From Vicugna vicugna (taxonomy: Eukaryota), in the NCBI GenBank assembly GCA_013265495.1, contig MU061578.1, forward strand, positions 257,308-321,307: 64,000 nt of DNA, written 5' to 3'. This document shows, piece after piece, positions 36,852-47,859 of this stretch (within the stretch, counting starts at the first letter, position 1; each line of letters begins with the position of its first letter). The notes beneath the pieces were generated by a model. The model had not been told where the DNA came from and searched no databases. It saw only the letters and a list, made by a program, of their open reading frames with translations. Both the position numbers and the translations under genes were made by a program.

Positions 36852-38175
36852 GTCTTGATAATGGTCAGACTACCTGACAGTTTCATACTACTTGTCTCTT
36901 GCTTTAAAAAGATCCTTTGAGTTGCAAGTAACATGAAACCATCTCAAGCTGCCTTAAACATCCATTTATCATCTCTTCTAACTGGAAGTCAAGAGGATGG
37001 TCAGGCTACGGGTATGGGTGATTAAGATGCTGACCCATGGCTTTGAGGACTGATTCTCTCCTTTTCTCCATTTTATTCAGCCTCTGCTCATCCTAAGGCT
37101 GATTCATAGCTGTCACCAGCAATTGGGGCAATCTGCCTTTGTTCGTATCCAAAGACAAAAAGCCTGACTTTCCTTTCCCAGGATCCCAGAAAGACCCATT
37201 GTGTGTGAATAAACACCCACACCACATAATGACTTCCTTAACTGAAGAATGTGTGCAAACCACCAGGGATAGAGACTTTTATATAGCTGATGCTCTCTCC
37301 ATCTCTGTCCCTTCTTGGGCACTAACTTTTGGCTGATGACGAGGGCTTCTGCAAGAGCAAAAACATAAGAAAATCACTTGTTCCCACTGGAAACAGTTCC
37401 TGTGAAACATCTGAGTAGATTTACGCACAGAAAGTCACACAGTTTCCCAGCCTGGAATTCCGAATCGTAAATCCTTCCCCAACGCATTACACATGCACAC
37501 AAACACACACTCTACCTCTTGCAAATTAAAAGTCATATATATATATCTTGCCAAAGCATTTCTGACATTCAGCTTCAGCATTCAGAGCCTCAGGCAAGCT
37601 TTACGACTACCATGTGATGTATAACTGGCCAGGGAGGTTGCAAAGCCCAGAATTCAATGACTAGTCAACAGGGCTTGAGATATTCTGGGCAACGCTTGCT
37701 CTCCCTTGTCTAAACAACCTGATCAGCAGGAGGTACCTTGTCTAGGGACATATGGCTGAGACAGCACTCTACATTAAAGGTAAAAACTGATTTGTGTTGA
37801 GAACCTCATGATCAAGCAGATGCTCTCACTTCCCTATTTAACTGCTTTCACATTTGCTCTGGGGATACTGCTAAGTTCTAAGAGTTAGTTAGGTGGCCTG
37901 ATGAGACCATCTCTGCAATGTGGAATGGGGCTATGGGACACTCATCTGCAAAAGCCCTCAATGGTTCCCAATTACATGTAAGACAAACTCAGACCCCTTT
38001 GTGACTTTCACAGTTTGCCCCCTGAACACTGCTTTCAGCATTATCTCACCAATGACTGTATTCCTACAAATATCATCTACTCTATCCCAACTAATCTCTT
38101 AAACTACGTTTCAAATAAGATTTATGTGTTTCTGAATTAAGAACCTGGGATACAGCAAGTATTAAAAGGCAACAA

Positions 38176-38800
38176 TGCCATATGATCCAGCAATCCCACT
38201 CCTGGGCATATACATGAGAAAACTCTAATTAGAAAAGATACATGCACCTCAATGTTCATAGCAGCACTATTTACAATAGCCAAGACATGGAAGCAACCTA
38301 AATGTCCATCAACAGATGACTGGATAAAGAAGTGTGAGATATATAATAGCATACTACTCAGCCATAAAAGAATGAAATAATGCCATTTGCAGCAACATGG
38401 ATAGACCTAGAGATCATAGTAAGTGAAGTAAAGACAAAGACAAATATCATATGATAGCACTTATATGTGGGATCTAAAGTTTGATACAAATGAACTTATT
38501 TACAAAACAGAAACAGACTCACAGACATAGAAAACAAATTTATGGTTATCAAAGGGAAAAGGAAGGGGGAGGGCTAAACTAGGAGTTTGGGATTAGCAGA
38601 TACAAACTACTATATATAAAATAGATAAACAACAGGGTACTACTGTATAGCACAGGGAACTATATTCAATATCCTGTAATAAATCATAATGGAAAAGAAT
38701 ATGAGAAAGATAAATATCTATATCTATATCTGAATCACTTTGTTGTACACAAGAAATTAATACAACACTGTAAATCAGCTATACTTTAATTTAAAAAAAA
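38176..38800 (+). mobile_element. 5'-truncated lineage-specific L1 (ORF2 end + 3'UTR + polyA)
   Basis: 'ccatatgatccagcaatcccactcctgggcatata...' ending in an A-tail; TSD aaaaggcaaca/aaaaagcaaca at a TT/AAAA endonuclease site; same family as 19734-20745. Confidence 0.95.
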
Positions 38801-39109
38801 AGCAACAGACTTGGGTCTAAACTGTGACTCTACTATATGATCCTGGAAAAATTACCTATTTAGTGAGATTCAGTTCTACACATCCAAAAAAAGATGATAA
38901 TATCACCTTGTGGGGTTGATGTGAATGTTTAGTAAGATAATTATTCAATATGCTTAGATCAGTGCCTGCCATGTAGAAGGTGTTTAATAAAGTTATTTTC
39001 CCTTTACTTTCTTACCTGCCCATATTGACTTCCCTTGTATATTTCTACTGCTGCATTATTTGAAAAAAGGTGCATTTTATTTCTCCTGTAAATCCTTCAA
39101 AGTCTACAG

Positions 39110-39355
39110 TACTTCCTGTTCTACATCCTCCTAGCTCACTGTATTTTCCCTTTAGCACTTATCACAATTCTAATTTATACTAATTTGTGAAAATAATTGT
39201 GTAGTATTTGTTCCCCTTGGTAGATTACATGTTGCCTAAGAGCAGAGAATGCCTGTCTTGTTCATGTATTTTGCACCTCTGTATTCCTCATGCTTAGAAT
39301 GTTTCTGACACATTAAAGTACTAAATAAATATTGAATGAATGAATGATTGAATGG
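39110..39355 (+). mobile_element. L2 3' end
   Basis: 'ttagcacttatcacaattc...ctaaataaatattgaatgaatgaatga'. Confidence 0.8.
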
Positions 39356-40169
39356 ACAATTCAGATGAACTGAGTACTTCGTAGTACCAGGCAGGGTGCT
39401 AAATTCTTTATATATGTAATCTCACAGCACTTTAATACCCTAGGCACTATGATCATCATTCCTATTTCCTGATGAAGAAACTGGGGCTTAGCAGGGGTAA
39501 AGCAGCATGAGGAAATTACACCTCTAGGAAGATGCAGAGTCAGGATTCAGATTTCTGTCAACTGACTCCAAGCCCAGCCTCTTAACTATTATCATGATGC
39601 CTTCTCTCCAAAGATGGCTGGCAGTGGAAGGCAGTAATGGATCCAGGGCTTGGGTAATTTGAGTACTGGGTAATCCTTCTTTAAATTAGTGTGAGTTGCC
39701 CCAACAGGATGCAGAAAATATGAATCCCTTTTGTTCTTTTCAACAGCTTTTTCAGTCATGACATCCTTTGATCTTCACATGAGTTTTTGTTCTGTTGATG
39801 AGAAAACAGGACTCAGCAGGAGTAAGCGATTTGCTCAAGGTCACTCATTCAGTCACTGATGTGGAAACAGAGAGCCAGAGACGCCTAGAACAATCAGTGG
39901 AGTAATCACACCAGGTCACCACAGTCAGCAGGCCTCCCCTCCCCGCCTCCCACTGTTTTGGAGGGGAGCTTGATGTTGGTTGTCCTCAGAGATAGCCAAA
40001 GATGGGCCTGGCGCTATGGAAGAAGTCACAGACTGTGCGTCCGGGGGCCTGGATACTGGCAGCCATGTCATGTGGATCTGAGCTGCTGGCCCCTATCTGT
40101 TGAGTTCTGCATGTCCACTTGAAGAATGAGAAGGCTGGAGTGGATGTTTTCCAAAAGCTTCAGTGAGAT

Positions 40170-41060
40170 ATATTCATCCAACAGATATTTACTGAGTGCC
40201 TACTAAGACCATGTTTATCTTACCTCTATTTCCCTTGTTCCTAGTACAGATTCTGATACACGGTAAGTGCTAAATAATCATGGAGTGAAGGAGGGATTGT
40301 GAATGAATATAATAAGATAAAACAGCAAGTAATAACACCTTCAGTAGCTGCCCTTTGGTTGGCAGAGACAGGTAAGCCAACTGCTAATGATTTTGCACTC
40401 TGCTGAGTACTTTAATTGAAGTAAAAGCAGAGTGTTTGGTTGCTCTGAGGTGGTCCAATTAATCCATTTTGGGGGATGGACAGGAATTTAGGGGAGTCTT
40501 CTTGAAAGGACTTGACCTCTAACTGCTGATCTGTAAGGATGCACAGGAGATAAGCAGGGAAAGGAGGTGTGTAAGTGCATGGGCAAAGCTGAGAGGTGGA
40601 GAGAAAATCAGAAAGTCAAACTGATTGTCCCAGACAGAAGGGAAAGTTACGGGAGCTCACCGAAGTTCAGCTGGCCTGGGGTTTAAAGTTCAGGCAGGGC
40701 AGAGGGGAGAGAGGAGTCCGGAGAGGTAGGCAGAGGAAAGATGAAGGGTAAACCATCTTAAAAGGCCAGGACTTTATCCTGAGGTTTGTGGGGAACCATG
40801 GAAGGATTCAAAATAGGGAGGGTTTAGAAAAGATCACTCTGGTTTCTGTGTGCTAAATTCTTTAGGGAGGAAGTTGCAGAAACAAGAAGACCAGTTTGGA
40901 TGCTGTGGATGTAGTATATTTGTGTCTACGGATATTAGCAGGAGTGATGGGCATAAAGAGAAAAGGAATGAATGAAATAAAGTAATAGAGTGGATCTTCT
41001 GAGCTCCCTTGTTAAATTCCAAGTGTGTAAGATGCTGGGAAGAAGAGCAGAGAGGACGGA
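40170..41060 (-). mobile_element. L2 fragments
   Basis: 'attcatccaacagatatttactgagtgcctact' and 'ggactttatcctgaggtttgtggggaaccatggaaggatt...tttagaaaagatcactctgg'. Confidence 0.7.
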
Positions 41061-42732
41061 TATGAGGGTGAGAGAAGAGGTGATGCTCTGAATTCCTGGT
41101 CACCAGAATACTGCCTACGGCTTGGGCAAGACACCACCTGGGAGAGGGAGGCCCACTCTTCACAGCCCGAGGCCTCTCTTGTCTCCCACCCCTCCAGCCC
41201 AGCACTCAATGGTCCCACATGCTGTCATTGAAGGTTTATCCTGTGCAGTTATCTGCAGATCCCATGGCCCCTCTTGCCCTCACCTTGCTGGACTGACACT
41301 ACTCACTGTATCACTGCCACTCTGATCAGCATGGTTGATCTCACCATTTCCATAAGAGGTGTTTCTGTTGTTTAATGTACTTCCCTGACCCCTCCAGTTC
41401 TAAGGCAAACTCTCTGTCAATAGAGATTGTTCCCAGGGATTAGCTTTGGATCTACTTTACTATCAGTTTGGAAGTGAAAGGCCCCAAAGCTTTTTCAGGA
41501 CAGGGAAGACAGTGGCCATACCGAAAAGAGTCCTAGGGTAGCAGGCAGAGCACCTGGCACACCTGTGACCTTGAGTAAGTCCGTCCAGTCTCATCCATTC
41601 TATGGGGGAGGAGAGAGAGAAAAGGAAAGAGCATTTACTGATCCTTGGTGGCCTGTGCTGTATTTCTTCCTCTGTGCTTTCGTCTTAAACATATTTCTGT
41701 TATAGAGTTCATTCATCCGTTCATTCATTCATTCTTCATTCAATAGACATTTAAGATCAATTGTTATGTGGTTGCCTGATTCTTCTATTAATTGACAAGC
41801 ACTCTGAGTGGCAAGACTATTTTTTAATTTAAATTAACTACCATATTCCTGACACAAACATGAGTAGGTACTTAATGTATCGCAAGTAAATGAATATGTA
41901 GCTCGGTGTTACACTTTGGGGTCCAACAGTTTGGATTCAGAGACTGCTACTTAGCTCTGGGAACTTGAACAAGCCCTCTAACCTACCCAAGCCTTGGTTT
42001 CCTCATCTGTTAAAAAAGGGGGATGTGAATGGCACCTACGCATATATCCAGGCAAAATTCCTGACACATTGATGGAGAGAAGGAAGGATATTTTAGCATT
42101 ATAATGCATACGGTCATGTTTTGAGAGGTGGTCAAGTTTGAAGAGATGAAACTTTGTTTGCTAGCAGAATCTCTACAGGGAAGGAACTAGAAGACCGAAC
42201 CATACTCTCATTGAGGAGTGTAAGAAGCTCAGCCTGAGCAAGGACCTTCTCCCAGGAGTGAAGACCCCTGTGGTTTTAATATGTGGTGCATGGATAACAG
42301 AAGAAGCAAAGAGGCAAGTGGACACCCCTCAGAGGCTGATTTCTCTGCAGACTCAAAGAAGCCTTAAAAGTAGAGGCATGGTGGACATGTATTTAGTGAG
42401 CAATCATGATCAGCTGTTGGTTTGGGTGTTTCTTCCTGGAAAGAGATGATACATCCTGTTTCATAAGCTGCTCATTGAAGGACTGTCCCTGTAAAACATC
42501 TCAGGCTATGTCTGGTCACATAGAGGATAACATGGTTATCATTTGACTAGTAAGCCACAATGAATATTTCAAATGGGCCCTCTTAGTGCAAACATATGAG
42601 AAGATTCTCAAAGACACACCCAGTCCCCCGTCGTGGGATAACTTCAGGTTTCTAAGCTCTTCTTAAGCACTACAATTAGGACTGTTCATAGAAAAAGAGA
42701 CAAACATGACCTAGGCATTCTCAGAAACACAC

Positions 42733-43171
42733 CGTATTAGTCAGAGTTCTCCAGAGAAGCAGAACCAATAGGACACATATAGAGATAGATAAAAGAGGAG
42801 ATTTATTATGAGGCATTGGCTAACATGATTATTGAGGCTGAGAAGTCCCATGATCTGCTGTCTGAAAGATGGAGAACCAGAAAATCTGGTGGTGTAGTTT
42901 AATGTGAGTCTGAAGGCCTAAGAATAGGAGGGCAGGAGAAGATGGATGCCTCAGCTTAAGCAGAGAAAGCAAATTTGCTCTTCCTGTCTTTTTCTTCTAT
43001 TTAGGTCCTCAGTGGATTGGCTGATGCCCACCTTCATTCATGAGTCTAATGATTAAATCCTAACCTCTTCTGTAAATACCCTCCCAGACACACCCAGAGA
43101 TAATGTGGGACCCACTCTCTGCCATCCCTTAACCTGTAAAGTCAAGTTGACACATAAAATTAACCATCACA
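42733..43171 (-). mobile_element. MLT2 (ERVL) solo LTR
   Basis: 'gtattagtcagagttctccagagaagcagaaccaatagga...gtcaagttgacacataaaattaaccatcaca'. Confidence 0.92.
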
Positions 43172-44159
43172 TTTTGCAAAGTGAATTCCATTGTAAAATT
43201 GGGATGGGGCTCAGGGAGGGTGGGAGAGTGATCACACAGTGAAAAAATAAGGAAAAGACTTTACCCACTTCACATTAACCCCTTGGATGAACACCAAAGT
43301 TCCCCACCTGGAGCATCTTTCATTGTTATCTTAAATGGCATACATACAGCAACGTCAAAACTGAGAGAAACTTCTCGGTGGCTGACACATTTCACGGGGA
43401 GAAATGGATTTTAAAACTGTTTTCAACTAACAAATTGACAGTCTTAGCCTTGCCTCACCCAAGACGCACTCCTTGGAGTGCAGCACAGGCAGGAGGTGGA
43501 TGAGGGCTGATAAAATCTAATCCACTGCTTACAGAATTTGAGAGAGAGTTTTTCTAATCACCCACTAGAGAGTTCCCCCTCCCGACCCAATTTCCTCCTA
43601 AATCACATACTGGAGGTCAGAGAAAGGGGTGATAAGCTGTCCACCATGAGGTGGGTTGAAAAGGCCTGATTCCATTCCATCAGAGTAGTGTCAAAGTTTA
43701 TAAACTGTCGTGTCTGTCTTTACAAAAAGGGATATAGTCTACCATCTCACCAAAAAATACACGTTTTCAAGTTAGATTTATCATCTTTAATATTCTTGAA
43801 GAGTGGGAGAGAGAGACAGAGAAAGGTGAGGGTGGCAGGGGAGAAAGGGGTGCAGTTGGTAAGGACAGCTGACAGGTACAAGTAAGGACAGCAGTTCCCT
43901 CTGCGAAGCAGAGAGCTGGAGAGGAAACGGCAGGGAGAGGGAAGCAGGGAGCCTAAGAGCCTAGGCTCTGGCGCCTGGCTGTGTGGGTTCAGATTCAGGC
44001 TGTGTGTGAATTTAGGTGAGTTACTCTACCTCTTGTAACTTCCTCATCCTGGAAATGGGGACAGTGACAGAATGGACAGACCCTTGTAGTCTTCTGAGAG
44101 TTCCATGAGTTAATGCCATCAAGCATGTGTAGCACAGTGACTGGCACATAGCGAACGAA

Positions 44160-44620
44160 CACTTATTCAGGACTGGCTTGGGTGTACAAAACCCACTGAG
44201 TGAGTATCAGTAAGCAGAGTATTATCATAAAGAATTAGAATTAAGGGGCTTCCACTGACAGAATTCAAGGGCAGAAAGTGCTGCCATGTTTTACTGAGAA
44301 CTAGTGACTCTGAGAACTGAAAACCAAGCTCGCTCAGGCTCTTTCCCTTTCTCCCCCTATCGTGTCGCTTTCCTATCTATTTCATCTCATTTATTCTCCT
44401 TTCCTAGAAAACGGGCTGTTTCCCTTTCTGCACCATTAAATGACCCATCATGATGGCCTCAAAATGGTACCCACTGCCAAGAAGCAAGGGCAAGTGTCCC
44501 ATCCCAAATTTCCCACAGCAGTAATCTGATTGGCTCAGCTGAAATCAGCTGTCTACCCCTGACCTAATCTCCAATTCCAGAAAAAGTATTAAGGATGGAG
44601 GCTTATGGTTAAATAACAAG
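44160..44620 (-). mobile_element. Old MLT1 (K/L/N-like) LTR
   Basis: 'aatctgattggctcagctgaaatcagctgtctacccctgacctaatc' resembles old MLT1. Confidence 0.55.
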
Positions 44621-44684
44621 GTTATACTCAGAGCTCTGGTGTTGGCTCAGAATCCTTAATGCCCTAATCATCCTGCTGGAAACA

Positions 44685-44915
44685 GAGCAACATGGTCGTT
44701 AAGATCACAAGCTCCAGAGTCAAACTCTCTGGGTTCAAGTCCCAGCTCTACCATTTCCTAAATGCACATCCCCGGGAAAGCAACTCAGTTTCTCTATGCC
44801 TCAGTTTCCTCATGTATAAAAGGAAAATGCTAAAAAATTCCTACACCACTGGGTTATTCTTCTACTTAAATGGGACATAGGTGGCACATGATAGGTACTC
44901 AATAGTAGTGAGCAC
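44685..44915 (+). mobile_element. MIR SINE
   Basis: 'gttaagatcacaagctccagagtcaaactctctgggttcaagtcccagctctaccatt...tgcctcagtttcctcatgtataaa'. Confidence 0.9.
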
Positions 44916-46091
44916 TTTGTGATTACTCTTACTTTTCTCGTTACTATGTAAACAGTGTGGCTGGGAAAGGTAACCTTAGAATAAGCTACAACACAACATT
45001 TGGACTCTTATTGCAAAGAGATTCTGCATCAGCTTCAGAAGCCATCTTGTCCATCCTCCTAGGCAGGGTTTGGATTTTTCTTTGTGCTAAATCTGAGTTT
45101 CCTGTGGATGTACACCCAGAGTGCTTTTCCCCTCTGGGGGCACGTGTGGAGCCAGGAAACATCCTCAATCTGTCTTAACCACATGCAGCCTGATGCCACC
45201 ACCTCTTTCCCTGCCCCCCCTCCTTCCCCTGCTGTGGTGTCAGTGGTGGGTGGTGATGGAAAATCAGGAGAGACAGAGCCCATTAGACAGAACTGCAGGC
45301 GGATAAGGTTTGCCAATTATGTTTTGTTTCTTTCTGCTTTCCCTGTGACTTTCAGTATATACAGATTCTTTCTGGCACTCCCCCCTGGTTCTGTGCCTAT
45401 AAAATAAGTTTAATGGCTGAATTTTCCTTAAGATAATCAGAGGCAGTATAATTTATGCATATGAATAGTATTGTAGCCAGATGTAATTTTGCTCAAAGTT
45501 GGGGCATTACAGTCAGAAACGGCTCTGCTGGCTGTGTTTTGTAGAATTTGCAATTTATTTAACAGTTGACTGAGCAGTGACCTCAGATAAAATACCATAA
45601 TCAAAGAGTAGTTTTTTTAAAAAAAGAGATATAAAAACAAAGGTGGGAGTGGGCTATGGAGAAAGACTTGGCTCCAGTGCAGCGCAAAAGAAGAGCAGGT
45701 GGCAAGAATCCCGAGGCAGGTGGATACTGTCTAGTTAGTGCGAGGGCAGAGGGATCTTTGACAAAGGGAAGGGGCTGGCATCTTTGATTTGGAAATCCCT
45801 CCCCAACTCCAGGGCTTTGTTTGGAGGTCCATTTGTCTTTGACAGAAGAGCAACAGATTATTTTCCCATTGCTCATGGAAGCTGGAATGTTTCTCACTCT
45901 TGGTGTTCCCAGGATAGTACAGAAGAGGTCTAGGGGAGACTTGATCGGGGGTCTAGCAGGGTAAGCCTGTGGCTTCTGAAAGGAGCAACCCCAACCTTTC
46001 CAAAACCTGACTTTTCATAGTCAGCTTCATCCTCTAGGAAGAGAAGCCCCCTCTCTGCACACCAAGCCTGCTTCTGCCTATGGCACCCTCT

Positions 46092-46119
46092 CCCCCCCCC
46101 CCCCCCCCCCCCGCCCCCC
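46092..46119 (+). repeat. Poly(C) tract C21-G-C6
   Basis: Directly visible homopolymer. Confidence 0.95.
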
Positions 46120-46539
46120 AACCTCCAAGCCTTTTACAAATGAATCTTTGGTTAGAGTCCAGGACAGATGATGGACCGCTTTCCACCAGGGCATGGTGTT
46201 AGTGTCCATGCCTCTAGGCTGCATCCTCTTTTACTTGCATCCTGCTGGAGTCTGGCCCCTTGGAACAGACTGTCCATCCTTCTGTCTGACTCCACAGGGC
46301 CAGGGATTGCTGAAAACCTACTTGTGTCTGGAGACATGTTTAAAAACCCAGCCCAGTCTTTACCATTGAGATTTGTGTAGCTGGTATAAAGTGTTGATAA
46401 AACTCAGTCCCATTCTCTGCTCCTCACTGTCCAGCAGGAGCTTCATGGGAATGGTGGGGTGAGGGGTCATTAGGTAAAGAGAAATGTTCTGTCTCTGGTC
46501 ATGAAACTATTAAATGATCACCAACCTCTCAACCTGTAA

Positions 46540-47060
46540 CCTTAAGATATTCCACCTGCTCAGTCCTAATCTGACCAGCTCACTCCTTTGCTTGGATCCT
46601 TCCGAGGCTTCCTTGGCCCTTAGGATCAAGTTAGAAATATTTAGTCCTGGTATTAGAGGTCTTTTGTAACCTGGCTCTGGTTTATAATCCATGTTTATTC
46701 TCTGTGAACCCTGTCTCACTCTCCTCCTCCCCCAGTGACACACTATATTTCAGGATCCCAAAGTTCTTGGTCTTTTATTTGCACACACAATGTCTAAACT
46801 TTTTCCACCTAGATCATTTCTACTCACTGCTCAAAGCTGGGCTTAGCTATCCCCTGCCCTAAGAAAGTGTTGCTTTCTCCTGAAGGTTGTTGGATGAAAT
46901 TCTCTCCTCTGTCATTCCATTACCTCCATGTTCTTTTTCATGACAGGCACATTCATATCAACTGTTGCTTTGCCCTGTTATCTGTGTATCCTTCAAACCC
47001 AGGAGGTTGTCTTGCACATAGAAGATGCTCCATATATATTTGTTAAATAAAAGCATAAAT
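46540..47060 (+). mobile_element. L2 3' fragment (donor arm of the inverted duplication)
   Basis: 'ctcactcctttgcttggatccttccgaggcttccttggcccttaggatcaag' to 'gcacatagaagatgctccatatatatttgttaaataaa'. Confidence 0.7.
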
Positions 47061-47859
47061 AAACGCTCTCTAAGAGTTGTGACTGAGACTCATGCATAGG
47101 GGAGGCAAGAGAAGTGTGGACATTGGGAAGAAAAAGAAATAAAATCTCACTCCACGAATCAAAATACTTCCAGGTTGAAGAGGATCAAAAATAAATATGC
47201 TGGCTAGTCTCTACTGTGTATGGCCTAGGTGTAGTAAATACTGCCTGTCACTATGCTAACAACGTTACCTGCATCATCTCACTGAATCCAGACAGTGACA
47301 CTGCAATACGGCAACTGTTGTTTTCCCTACTTAACCGATGAGGAAACAGGCTTAGAAAGGTTACACGGTGACCGTGCAGCAGGTCCAGGGTTCAAACCTC
47401 TAGCTTCTGGAGTTTGTACTTTTTTCCCTTTTGGCCTTTTAAATATACATTTTAAAAAATCTGGAATATTTTGTGCATTTGGAAAAGTATAGATAGTAAA
47501 ATCATAAATGCTCATACACCCACAAAGTAAACTTTGACAACTATTGATATATTTTTTTTAAAGTTTGTTTTAACTTTTTAAAGTTTAAGCAACCTCCTGG
47601 GTTTGAAAGATACACAGATAACAGAGCAAAGCAACAGTTGATATGCACATGCCTGTCGTGAAAAAGGACATGGGGGTAAAGGAATGACAGAGGAGAGAAT
47701 TTCACCCAACAACCTTCAGAGAAAGGAACACTTTCCTAGGGCAAGGATAGCTAAGCCCAGCTTTGGACAACCAGTAGAAATGATCTAAGGGGAAAAAGTT
47801 TAGACATTTTGTGTGCAAACAGAAGACCAAGAACTTTGGGATCACTGAAATATAGTGTG
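46739..47859. repeat. Long inverted repeat: arms 46739-47009 and 47590-47859, 580-bp spacer
   Basis: Manual alignment of arm 2 to the reverse complement of arm 1 gives about 23 substitutions and 3 single-base indels over ~270 bp (~90% identity). Confidence 0.97.
47200..47420 (-). mobile_element. MIR SINE (in the inverted-repeat spacer)
   Basis: 'ttaaccgatgaggaaacaggcttagaaaggttac...cagggttcaaacct'. Confidence 0.75.
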
